Source: Lama guanicoe (Eukaryota). From it: DNA of 64,000 nt. This document shows, in pieces, positions 40,101 to 52,000 of the stretch. The position numbers and the translations under genes were made by a program. The DNA is taken from the NCBI GenBank assembly GCA_013239625.1, contig MU054338.1, positions 2,544,977 to 2,608,976 on the forward strand, read 5' to 3'. Numbering within the stretch: position 1 is the first letter of the stretch; every line of letters starts with the position of its first letter. Below the pieces are notes generated by a model. The model was given only the letters and a program-made list of their open reading frames with translations, did no database searches and was not told the DNA's origin.

Positions 40101-42344
40101 CGCCCTTCCCTCGGGTAACCCCTTAGGCGCAACTCCGTAGGTGTCCGTGCGGTCGCTCTAGGTTGGAAGGTCGGCCTTCCGCGCTTGGATTTCCCTGGGG
40201 CGTGGTTGGCCCAGACCTGCGTACAAGTTTCCAGGATGCAATACTCAGATGCAAAAAGCGAAGAGCGCCGTTTTAGCTGAAAACGTTGTATCACAGCAAC
40301 TATATCAGTTTGCCAAATGCCAAGCACTTCTATTTAAAGCATATTACAATCCGAATAGGATCTGCAGATTGTACCAAGGTCAATTTCCTGGGATTGATAT
40401 TGTTATGTAAAACGACAGCACTAGGGGAAGCTGAAGGAAGAGTACTGGGGACTTCTCTGTACTATTTTTGCAACTACCTGTCTATTTCAAAATATAAAAC
40501 TTTTTAAAAAGCAGGTATTAATCATTAGTTTATTCCACAAAGACAGATTGAACATCTACTATACCAGGCATTGCTATAGATATAGCACTGTGGGTATAAC
40601 AGTGAACAAAACACCTTACTAGCTCCGCCACTGTAAGTGTTCTTACACTAGATACTTGGATTTTCTTCTATTCAGTTTCCTCATCTGCACAATGAGGGTA
40701 ATCAGTGCTACCTCACTGTTTGGGGGAGAGTAAAATTAACTAAATAGATGTAAAGGGACTAGCGCTGTGACTGACACAGTTCTGAATATACAGATTAGAC
40801 TATTAATAAAGCATTTCAGGGACTGTTTTGCCATGTCGCAGGCACGGGGGCTAAGAGCTTGTTTACACACGCAATCTCATTTTCTGTTTCATTTCTTCTC
40901 CAGGAGGAGGCGCAGGAAGACTGTTTTGTGTTTGTGTCCTAATATGACCCTAAGAAACGGTTGTAGTTCCCAGATCTTTGGCTCGAGGGAACGAATTGGC
41001 ATTCAATTCAGTATTTTCATTCTTAATAAAGAGCTCAGCTTAATGTCTGTTTCACTGTAGGCACTCAGTATTTCTTGCATCAATGAATAATATTCTCTTT
41101 AGCGCAAATAAATCCCTTTCAGTTAATCTCCTAAACTCACTCGGTCACAAGGAGGTGGACTGCAGTGCTTTCCCTGCGCTAGGAGAAGGGGAGATGTACA
41201 TCTGTAAAAAGCCACGCAAGTTCAAGACTGAACTCTAAAATGAGCCTGTGCGCTCTTCCTCTTCTGGAAAACGCTTTGTAAAGTGCTGTCACAGCCCTGA
41301 TTTCGTGTAATCGAAGATTGCTAACACCATAGCGCGTTTAATCAAGGCAGGTAGGAACTGCTCAGTAAATATCTGTTGAATAATCGAGGCTCAGAGCGGC
41401 AGTGTCAGGCAGCAGATGTCACTCCCCGTGCTCAATACGGGATCTTCAAACACCTGCACCTGTGTTCGTGACACTGTTAATGTTACAAGGCAAGCGCATG
41501 CGCTATTCCGGGGACGTGTTTTCAGCAGATGGGTATCCAGTTTCCCGTTCTTAATATATGTTTATTTTAATTTTTAAAAATGTTTAAATGAACTCAGCAC
41601 CCATTGTGTGCTGGGCTCAGTATCAGGCACTTCGCAGCACTTCCTTGCAAATTGGAGCATTTCAGAGATGAAAAGCAAAGATTTTCATAAACAGGGTTGA
41701 ATTTGCTCGCAAGTGAATATACTGCTTATTGAGAAATTTTAACTTAGTGTAAGGTAAAGAAGCCGGGGAGAATTTGAAGAGAATAAGGAGATTTAAGACA
41801 TTCCCTCCCCACTGTAACCCTCCATGCAGAGATGTAAAACCCCACAGCAGCACGTACAGGTTCGCAGGGGACCTCTCCCCACTACCATCCCCAGACCCAC
41901 GTTTAGCAGGAGCCTAGAGAAGGAGCACAGCTTCAGCAGAGAGCAAAACCAGCCACAGCCAGGCTCAGAGTCTGCAGTAACAAATAAATGCGGGGGTAAA
42001 GGGCGGGGAAGAACCGCGAGAAAAAAAAGTACCCTCTGCAGGGAGGTTCCGCTGCGCATGCGCCTGCTGCGGCGTGGGGAGGGCAAGGAGGCCGCGGCAG
42101 CGGCCCCTGCTGACCAGAGGCCGTCACTGCACGCCCCTTACGTCTCCGTTTCCATGCTGTTGAGGGCTTATTTGATGCCCATTACCACTCTGAAACAGTT
42201 AATTCACTTAATTCTTTCCACACTCGGGGCTTTGTGTGGGCTTATTTACACAGGAGCAAACAGGCTCAGAGAAGTTTAGTGATTTTCCCCAGGTCATATA
42301 GCTAATAACGGCGGAAGCAAGTGACTCAAAAAGGCATGGCTTAG

Positions 42345-42720
42345 TGATCCATCCATAGAGTAGAATACTATTTAGCCTTAAAAAGGGAGGAAATTCAGAC
42401 ACAGGCTACCACCACATGAATAAAACATGATGCTCAGTGAAATAAGCCGGACACAAAAGGACAAATACTGTATAATTCTACCTATATGAAGCCGCTAGAG
42501 AAGTCAAATCAAAGAGACAGATAGTAAAGTGGTGTAGGCTGGGGGCTGGGGGAGGGGAGGGGAGGGGGAGCCAGTGATTAGCTAGGGGCAGAGTTTCAGT
42601 TTGGGAAGATGGAAAAGTCCTGGAGATGGCTGTTGGGCATGTTTAGTGCATTAAGTACATTACAAAAACGATTAAAATGGTAAATTTTATGTGATCCATA
42701 TTTTACCACAGTTTTAAAAA
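42345..42720 (+). mobile_element. LINE-1 (L1MB-like) 3' end fragment
   Basis: gaatactatttagccttaaaaagg, gtgaaataagcc, gagtttcagtttgggaagatg, aaaatggtaaattttatg. Confidence 0.75.
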
Positions 42721-43019
42721 GCATTATTTAATCAGGGAGCAAACTCTGCCCCACTACTATTTCCTAGATGTATTTCAGAATTGATTAACCTGAAGCCAGA
42801 AATCCTGAGTTTAGGTTCTGCCCTCAATGACTGTGTGACCTTAGGCAAGTTACATAACCTCTCTGAACCTCAGATTCTTCATGTAAAATGTTGACTAATA
42901 ACAGAAATCATTTTATTATGGGGCTTTTGTGAGTCTTAAACACGTTAAAATAAACAAAGCAAAATAAAGCACCTAACACAGTGCCTGGTATATAGGAAGC
43001 CCAATTGAAGACTACTCCT

Positions 43020-43392
43020 GCATTGGGCTGAATTGGCCCCCCTCCCAAATTCATATACTGAAGTCTTAATTCCCCAGTACCTCAGGATGTGACATTATTT
43101 GGAGATAGGGTTAGAAAGAGGCAATTAAGTTAAAATGAGGTCTTTAGGGTGGGCCCTAAACTGACACTAGTCATATTAGGAGATGACTGACTCAGAGGGA
43201 GACCCTATGAAGACAGAAGAAGGCAAATTTACAAGTCTGCAAGCCAAGGAGAGAGGCGTTGGCAGAAACCAACCCTGCCAATACCTTGATCTGGACTTCT
43301 GGCTCCCAAAACTGCGAAACAATAAATTTCTGCTGTTTAAGTGACCCATCCTGTGGCGTTTTGTTGTGGCTGCCGCAGCAAACTAAAACACT
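43020..43392 (+). mobile_element. MLT1A/B-like LTR
   Basis: gggctgaattggccccc..aaattcatat, agaaaccaaccctgcc, aataaatttctgctgtttaag. Confidence 0.75.
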
Positions 43393-44597
43393 GTGAGATA
43401 GAAACACTAGATTTTGTATATTGCAACCATTCCTTCCAGGAACATTTGTTAGCACTCCTGCTCTGGTGCAGAGAGGGAGGCACTCTCCTCGACCACAAAA
43501 TTTAGGGAGCTCCAAAAACTCAGTCATGATGATATTTTAACATCACTTTTTAAAATTCAAATAAATGCCAGAAAAATCCATGAAGAACAAAGCATCAAAA
43601 TTTAAAATAAAGATAGAAGGAGTATTATAGATTTCTCCTTTTGCCTCAGGGTCCAGGATGAGTGCGAGCAGGGTTGGGTCGTCCTACCACATGCTCTAGG
43701 AAGGTTCTGTAGCATGGAATGTTCTGGTATGACCTTAGGAAGGGATGTACTACCTTCTCTGGATGGTTGGACAGTTGGGTTTAGGGAGGTCTAGCGGGGC
43801 TGCGTGGTGAGAATGGGCAGTGCAGGGTTGGTTCCTAAGATCACTGAGCTGTGTAGATAGGTTTGCTTGGCTCCTTCAGAGGGGTCTAGCTGTGGCAGTC
43901 CAGTTTACAGAGGCTAAAACTGAGACTCCAACAGGGCAAGTGAAGGTTAGCGTCAGTTCAGGATTCAGCCTTCCGTGAGGGCTCCCAGCAGGCCCTTAGG
44001 GACTTGATTAGAGCCATAGGCAAACTGCTTTGCATTTCACTGTTTGTAAGCTGTCCCCTGGGACCTCCAGGCTGAGGGACTTTCCACACATCCCTCCCTT
44101 CCCCGCCTGCAAACACACCCATCAGCTTTGTGGCCTGGCTCAACCTTTTTGCCTAGAATTCCTCACATCCCTCAGACTCGCCACTCATCGCTCTAACAAA
44201 TGTTTTCCTGGGAGCCTGTGCTAGGAAAAAAAAAAATCCCTGCCCTTGGGGAGCTGACCTGCTGGTGAAAGAAATAGTCAAACATTTGCACAAATTGAAA
44301 CTTTTGAATTGCACCAGGAAGCAGAGAGAGAATGAACAAAGGAGAGGATAGTGGAGAAGTCTATGATCCAGCCTGGGGAATCCTGGAAGGCTGCCTGGAG
44401 GAGGTGACTCCTCAACTGTTACCTGAAAGATGGGAAAGCTCTCGCTGGGCCAAAGTGGGAAAGGACATTCCAAGGAGAGGGAACAGCAAATACTCTGAGG
44501 TGGGAGGCACAGTGAAGAAACAGAGTATGACTCTGTAAAAAGAGCAGAGGGGGCTGCTTTAGATGGACTGGTCAGGGCATGACTCTGAGACAAAGGT

Positions 44598-44932
44598 CAG
44601 CTAAGCTATTTCTAAAGAATAGAATAGCCAAGTAAAAACTATTTTGGTTTTTCAGGCCGCATGGTTTTGCTCCCAGCTACTCAACTCTGCACATAAGCAG
44701 CCGCAGATGACATACACACAAATGGGCATAGCTGTGTGCCACTAAAACTTTACTTATGGGCCCTAAAATGTGAATTTCACACAATTTTCACACGACATGA
44801 ATTATATTTCTTTTGATTCCCCGCCCCAATCATTTAAAAAATAGCAAAAAAATTCTTAGGTCCTGGGGCATACAAACGCAGGCAGTAGCGGGGGATATGG
44901 CCTGTGGGTCATAGTTTAAGAGCCTCTTGCTC
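44598..44932 (+). mobile_element. MER58-like (hAT-Charlie) element; related fragments at ~8490-8700, 18275-18455, 23445-23590 and 63255-63360
   Basis: gctactcaactctgc, aatgggcatagctgtgtgccactaaaacttta, tgaatttcacacaattttcac, atttaaaaa..ttcttag. Confidence 0.65.
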
Positions 44933-45824
44933 TAGGATAAGGGTGTCCCCATCATTCATCACCTAAACAGGAAAACTTTATATCTCAAAGTTGTTTTTTG
45001 TTGTTTTTTTTTCCTTTTTAAAAAAATTTTTGGTATTTAAATTTGCAAAGTTGTGATTGAAGTTTAAATAATATGCAGAAAGGGCATAAGTTAAATGTAT
45101 AAAATCTAACGGTGTTCACAAGCAATGTGAAAATCAAGATAGCGAGTGACCAGTCCTCAGAAACCCCAGAAATCCCCCTTGTGCCTCTTCCAGTCACTAC
45201 CACCCAAAGATACCCAGCATCATGTCTTTCAACAACAGATCTTAGGGGACCCTATTTTTGAATTTCCTACATGTTGAATCATGCAGCATGGCTTCTTTCA
45301 AATACGGCCTCTTGCACTCAACATTTATATGGTTTGCCCAGGTTACGGATGGCTGAGCTTTATCTATTCTCACAGCTCTGTTCTTTTGAGACCAGGGTGC
45401 AATTTATTTATCTTTTTCACTGCTGGTGGGTCTTTGGGTTGTTTCCAGTTTGGGGCGGTTATGACTAACGCTGCTATGGAACATTCTAGCACGTGTCTCG
45501 ACAGCATTTGTGTTGGGTACATCCCTCCGAGAGGGATTGCTGAGTCATACACTATGCCTGATTCCAGTTTGAGTGGATGAATCCGTTCACCAAAGTGCCA
45601 ACCAGAACAATTCTGAAAGCAAAAGGGATGCTAATGTGTTTACACCAGGAGGATGATTGTACACTAGGTTTATCCCAGGCCCCTGGGATGTGTGGCTCCC
45701 CAGAGTTAGGGGAGTATATGTGTGAAGACCCCAATGAGCAGAACCCCAGTACTACCCGTGCCTGATGTAAGCTGCATTCATAAGATGAACTCAGTAATCC
45801 TACATCACTGGAACATATCCAGGA

Positions 45825-46012
45825 GCGACCCTGCCCCCAGGGGACCCTGGGTCATATCTGAGGACATGTGTGGTCATCACAACTGGGGCTGCTCGTGGCA
45901 TCAAATGAGTGGGGGCCAGGGGTGCTGCTCCACACCCCCCAGTGCCTGGGACAGCCCCGCAGAGAATGATCTGGTCCTGAATGTCCATAATGCTGAAGTT
46001 GAGAAAAACCTT
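45825..46012 (+). mobile_element. MER20-like fragment
   Basis: cccccaggggac...gtcacaactgggg...gagaatgatctggtcctgaatgtccataatgctgaagttgagaaa. Confidence 0.65.
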
Positions 46013-46047
46013 ATATTTGATTATTTACTTAAATGACGTGCTGTAAA

Positions 46048-46152
46048 TTTTTACTTTATTTTTTAAATTTGTTTTTTGATGGAGGTACTGGGGATTGAAC
46101 TCAGGACCTCGTGCATGCTAAGCATGTGCTCTACCATTTGAGCTATACCCAC
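46048..46152 (-). mobile_element. tRNA-derived SINE (same family)
   Basis: Reverse complement of the SINE head: GGAGGTACTGGGGATTGAAC..AGGACCTCGTGCATGCTAAGCATGTGCTCTACCA..GAGCTATACCC. Confidence 0.85.
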
Positions 46153-46189
46153 CTGCCTGATCCAAACGTTTAGAGAGCAGATGGTATTC

Positions 46190-46800
46190 ATTCAACTGAT
46201 ACATATTTAGTGAGCACCTCCCATTATTCAGATTTTGAGTGAGAGCAAGCATTCCTGTCCTGGTGGGGCTTATATTCTAGTGAGAGATGGTGGGGGGGCA
46301 ATAAATAAATATATGCTATGTCAGATGGTGAGAAGTGCTCTGGAAGGGAGTGAAATAGGGTTAGGGAACAGGGTCCTGGGGGCAGATGATAGCAGATACT
46401 TTACAGGTACAAGGAGATATCAGAGCAGAACCCTGAAGGAGATCAGAGAGGGGGCAATTGCGGATGTCAGGAGGAAAGGCATTCCAGGTGGGAGGAACAG
46501 CCTGTGCAAAGGTCCTGGGGCAGTACCAATACTGGCGTGCTGGAGGAACTACAAGGATGTGATTGAAGCAGAATGAGTGAGGGGGAGAAAGGGAGGAAGG
46601 GAGCGAGTCCGGCAGGGCTTGTGGGTCACCAGGAAGAATTGGGCTTTTACACTGAGGAAAGTGGGATCCCTGGAGGGCTGGTGGGCTGTGGGCAGAGGGT
46701 AGGCAGGACCTGACTCAGGTGCTCATGGTCGCCCACTAGTGGCTTCTGTGGGGAGGACAGACTTGCGGGGGGCGGGGCATGGCCTTGGGGATTGTGCTTG
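46190..46800 (+). mobile_element. LINE-2 fragment
   Basis: attcattcaac, gcttatattctagt, gcattccaggtgggaggaacagcctgtgcaaaggtcctgggg. Confidence 0.6.
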
Positions 46801-46824
46801 TCTACAGAGGACACAGTGGGGGCT

Positions 46825-47115
46825 GAGGAATGGATAAAGAAAATGTGGTCTAGCCACACAGTGGAATATTATTCAGCCATAAAAAGGAATGACACGTGCT
46901 ACAAGGTGGATGAACCCTCAATACATGACACTCAGTGAGAAAAGCCAGACACAAAAAACCACATAGGGTGTAATTCCATCGATGTGAAACCTCCAGAACA
47001 GGCCAATCCACAGACACAGAGAGTCAGTTCGTGGTTGCCAGGGGCTGGGGAGGAGGAGGGGGTGACTGCTAATGGGGATGAGGTTTCTTTGGGGGGTGAC
47101 AGAAATGTTTTAAAA
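46825..47115 (+). mobile_element. LINE-1 3' fragment
   Basis: gaatggataaagaaaatgtgg, gaatattattcagccataaaaaggaatg, gtgactgctaatggg. Confidence 0.75.
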
Positions 47116-47284
47116 TTATATTATGGTGATAGTAAAACCCATTAAATTGAACAGCGAAAACAAGCCCCTTGATTCTATCCATTTCACCCCATCCTCTCTG
47201 GCCCCCACCTTGGTCCAGGACCCCATCATCATGGGCCTGGGTGACTGCACCAGGCTCCTCCCAAAGACAAAGCCTATCTTACCC

Positions 47285-47575
47285 TGGGTGCTGGTTAATT
47301 TAATGTGTCTACTAGGCTGAGTCACAGTGGTGCCCAGATACTTGGTCAAACAATACTTGGATGTTTCTATGAAGGTGTTTTTGAGTAAGATTGATCTTTA
47401 AATCCATGCTTTAAATCCATGGACTGTTAAGTAAAGCAGATTCCCCTCCCGAATGTGGATGGGCCTCATCCAATCAGACTAGAATAAAGATCTGATCTCC
47501 CCAAGCAAGAAGCAATTTCACCAAGAGACGGCCTTCAGACTTGAGCTGCAACTTCAGCTTTTCCCTGAATATTCA
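47285..47575 (+). mobile_element. ERVL (MLT2-like) LTR fragment
   Basis: ggttaatttaatgtgtc, gtgcccagatacttggtcaaaca, agtaaagcagatt, gggcctcatccaatcag. Confidence 0.65.
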
Positions 47576-48076
47576 GATGCAATTTCAATGTGCTTGTTTT
47601 CCTAGGTGACTTGGGCAAGTCACTTAACCACTCAAGATTTCGCTGTTCTCATCTGTCAGTTGGACCCAATAATGGTACCTATTGCAAGGGGTTGGTGTGG
47701 GGATGAAATGGTGACACAATCTGAGTGCTTAAAACAGGGTTTGACAGTATTAGCCGGTATTATTCCCATCAGCAGCATTGCAGTGATTTCTATGGGAAGT
47801 GGAGTTGGTGGGTCAAAGGTTAATTGACCTCGGTTTTTCCAAATGGCAGTCAACCCAGCCATTTTCCACACTGGCCCTTTTAAATGTTCTCAGCTTCTCT
47901 TTCTTTTGGTTTTTCAAAAAATAACATACTTATCATATTGGAGAAAGGGTACAGGGTAAAGCGATCACAAAGATCAACTTGGGAAGCAGTGGGTCTGGGA
48001 AAGAAGGGATGGGGCCTTGTATCTGTTTAACATTTTGTCCCCCAGAAGAAAAAGCAGCCCGGGGTGGGGGTGGCTA

Positions 48077-48210
48077 GGGTACAGATCAAGTGGCAGAGCG
48101 CATGCTTAGCACGCACAAAGTCCTGGGTTCAACCTGCAGTGCCCCCTCCAAATACAAATAAATAAATAAACCTAATTACCTCCCCCCAATTAAAAAAAAA
48201 GAAAAAGAAA
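48077..48210 (+). mobile_element. tRNA-derived SINE (same family)
   Basis: Head, AAATAAACCTAATTACCTCCCCCC body and A-rich tail. Confidence 0.8.
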
Positions 48211-48279
48211 GGCAGCCAAGTACTTTTTTTATATTTAAAAAAAACTTTGGTAAGATACATATAACATAAAATTAGCTCT

Positions 48280-49650
48280 CACTTCTATTCTGCTGGTCTG
48301 CATGCCTGTGTGGATGCTGGGACCACACTGTTTTACTTACATAGCTTTATGATAAATTTTGAAATGAGGGAGTGTGAGTCCTAAAGTTTGTTCTTTTCCA
48401 AGATTCTGTTGGTAGTTTGGGACCCCCTGAGATTTTCTACCCCTGTAAAACATGGTTGGGACTTCAACAGGCATTGCATTGAATCTGTAGATCGATTTGG
48501 ATCGTACTGACATGTTTTTTTTTTTTTGGAGGGGGAGTAATTAGGCTTATTTTTTTTATTTAATGGAGGTACTGAGGATTGAACCCAGGACCTCATGCAT
48601 GCTGAGCACGCGCTCTACCACTGAGCTGTGTAGCTTCTCCCTTGACATCTTAATACTATTGTCAGGCTACCCAGAAAATGGGAGAAAATGTTACAAAACA
48701 TAAATCTGATGAGGGATTAATGTCCAGAATATATACGGGAACTTACACCTCAACAACACAAGAAACAAACAACCTGCTTTTGAAAAAATGGGTAAAAGAC
48801 TTGAGTTGACATTTTTTCACAGAAGATATACAAATGGCCAATAAGCACATGAAAAAAACTAAACCCAAAGAGAATCCTAATCATTAATCCTTAGGGAATT
48901 CAAATCAAAGCCCCAATGAGATACCACTGCACATCTGTTTGGATGGCTATTATTAAAAACACACAAACAGGTAGAAAGTAACACATGATGGTAAAGATGT
49001 GGAGAAATTGGAACCCTTCCGCACTATTAGTGGGAATGGAAAACAGTATGGAGGGTCCTAAAAATATTAAAAATAGAACTGCAACATGATCCAGCAATTC
49101 CACTTCTGGGTATTTACCCAAAAGAGTTGAAAGCAAGGTCATAAAGGGCTATTTGGACACCCATGTTCATATAGCAACACTGTTCACAACATCCAAAAGA
49201 CAGAAACAAGCGTCCATTGGCAGATAAATGGATAAACAAATGGCCCATCCATACAGTGGACCATTCACCTTACAAAGGAGGGAAATTCTGACACGTGCTA
49301 CAACATGAATGAAACTGGAGGACATGATGCTCATTGAAATAAGCCAGACACAGAAGGACAAATACTTTCTTATCCCACACACGGGAGGTCCCTAGAGGAG
49401 TCAAATCCATAGAGACAGTAAGTAGACGGTGGTGGCTAGGGACTAGGAGAGGGTCTGGGGGGGGGGTCAGTGTTTCATGGGGACAGAGTTTCAGTTTGGG
49501 AAGACGAGAAAGTCCTGGAGATGGATGGTGGGGATAGTTGCACAAAAATGTGCATGTACTTAATGTCAGTGAACTGTACACTAAAAACGGTGAAAATGAT
49601 AAATTTTACGTTATGTGTATTTTGTCACAATTAAAAATTTAAAAAAAAAA
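48280..49650. mobile_element. LINE-1 ORF2/3'UTR remnants: antisense piece 48280-48662 joined to sense piece 48663-49650 with poly(A)
   Basis: Antisense gcattgaatctgtagatc; sense aatgggagaaaat, agaagatatacaaatggccaataagcacatg, aatgagataccact, terminal aaaaaaaaaa. Confidence 0.8.
48514..48632 (-). mobile_element. tRNA-derived SINE (same family) inserted in an L1 fragment
   Basis: Reverse-complement SINE flanked by TGACAT on both sides. Confidence 0.8.
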
Positions 49651-50799
49651 CCACAGGATTTAAGGAAAGAGGAAAGGGAAGGAGGGAAGAAGGAATGAGG
49701 AAGAAGAAAGGGTCAAATCTAGCCTGACAACTGTCTCTGTACAGCCCCTTGCAGGAAATGTTTGCCCATCTCTAATTCAAAACAGCCTGGCATAGAGTAG
49801 GTATTTGAATATAGGGGGAGATTATCACTGAATATGGGACGTTAGAGTCTGATGCAGTTTACAACTGTGGTGTTTGGAGAAGGTTAGACCTGGATTAAGA
49901 TTCTGGCTTTGCCAATGTCTGGATTTCATCATTAGAAAACTGGGGTCCACCAGATTGCTGATCACAGGGAAAGAGCCTGTTCTGGCAGCTCTGGGAGAAC
50001 TCAGTCTTACCTACTGAATATCATGACTCCCTCTTGAGTCTGTCCTCAGGCCTCAACAATAAGCAACTGACAGTCCGTTTTGTTTCATCTATCCTTCTCC
50101 AGGCCCTCCTCATTATTGTAAAGCAATTCCATTTCCTCTGTAAACATGCCCTCCTGTATTTTTCACAAAGACTCAGCCATAAATAAATAAAACATAGCCA
50201 ATAATACCATTATCACACCTTCAACTGTTCGAACCTTGATGGTTGTAAGAATTTACATGAAATTCAAATTCAAATTCATAAAACTAGACATCGCCACCAC
50301 CACCAACAAAAAAGGTGCATATAAAGACTGGTGAAATCCAAGTGCCAGTACCTCAGCTGCCTGCATGGTATCAACATCAACTTCCTGGTTTTGACAACAC
50401 ACTGTGGTTATGAAAGATACTATCGTTGGGGAAAGCTGGGTGAAGGGTACATTAGAGTGAAGGGTGCTAGTTTTGCACCCTTTTCAAAATAAAGTGTAGC
50501 AAAAGTAAAACAAAACCCTGCAGAGTCAGTTCGGATGAAGTGAATGAACTGGGGTGAGGTTTAGGAGGTCACGTGTGCAACCACAGAGATGGATTCTCTC
50601 TACTTAAATGAGTATTTTCTCCATCATGGATTATATTTTTGCATTAATTTTTGTTTAAAAAATATCACACATACTTATCTTGCTGACTGAGTCGTTTGGG
50701 ACGCTTTCTTAAATTTCGCCTCATTCTCGCCCTGAGATTTATAATTTTAAGGGATAAGCCATGAAATATACATTGTGTTTTCTTGCTTCCTGCTTTTGA

Positions 50800-52000
50800 T
50801 ACAAGAAAGTTTGAGCTCCGCGGCCCGTGGGCACCGGGGAGCCATGAAGAGCTCTTGAGCAGGGTAGGCTGCGGTTCGTGCAGATTCCAAGGGTTTACTG
50901 TGGGTGGGGAGGCGGAACTAGCGGGGAGCGGAGGTCTGCTGGAGTGAGGGATGCACGAGCTCAAAGGAACCGGGCAGGGGGCCAGCCGTGGGGTGTAACG
51001 TCCGCGCCCCCGCTGCCGTGTCAGGACCCGGATGTGCAGCGCGCGGGGCGCCGGGTCCACGAAGGCTGCACCGCGCTGCGCTGCAAGGAGCCTCGCCGCC
51101 CGCACTGGCCACTGCTGCGCAGGCCAACCGTCTCCTCCCCCTAAGCCCCCTAGGCGCCCGGTCACACACCTGGCGGCCGCGTCGCGCCAGGAACCGCAGC
51201 ACCTGGCTGCATTGTTGTCGCCGCTGCTGTCCCCTCTCTCTCTAGACAGGACCCAACACCCGCCCCAACCTGTACGGGGCTCGTGCCCCTTTAAGAAGCC
51301 AGAGGCGGCCGGGGGTGGGCGTGGCCGCCGCTAGCGAAAAGGGAGGGGCTGTGTCGGGCCTCCCTGATAGGCTCGAGGCCCGGGCGGTGGCTGCGCGCGC
51401 CTGCGCAGTGCGAGTTCGCGCGCGTCCCGGGGAGGAGGGTGCGCGGGTGCTAATTGGCCGCAGCGGCGGCCCCGCCTGCGTGTGGAGGGTGGTCACGTGA
51501 CGCGACGGCTGGGGGCTCCCGGCGCGGGGGACGCTGGTGGCCAAGATGGCGGCGGAGCTGGTGGAGGCCAAAGTGAGTGAGCGGCGGCGGCGCCGGCCGG
51601 GACGGGCGGTGGGGCAGGGGCCAGGCGGCAGGCCGAACTCTGCGCCTCCCGCTCCGGGCCCCATGGCGCGGCCTGCCGGCGGCTCGGCGTCCAGCCCCTT
51701 CACCCGCCTCTGGCCCCGGGGCTCTGGGTGCGGGCGGGGCTCAGGGAGGCCGGGGGCGGGGCCCCCGAAACCTCACCCTAATCTTCGCGCTGGGGTGTCG
51801 GCCCCCGAGCTTAAGGTTGGCTTCCCCTCGTCCAGCCCAAGAGGTTGGGGTCTGGGTCCGCCTAAACACGGTCTTAGGGCCGCGCCTCCCAGCTTGAGGC
51901 ACAGTCCCCTCGGACAGTATGACGGGCTGGGCTGCTCGTCCCGAACTGGAGTCCGCGCGTTCTTTGGCCTGGGGGTGTGTCTGCGTCTCCCCGACCTCCT
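50800..52000 (+). promoter_or_regulatory. PIAS4 CpG-island promoter with GTCACGTGAC E-box (51492-51501), CCAAT, NRF1-like site and YY1 motif CAAGATGGCGGC over the start codon
   Basis: Dense CpGs around exon 1; motifs read directly. Confidence 0.8.
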
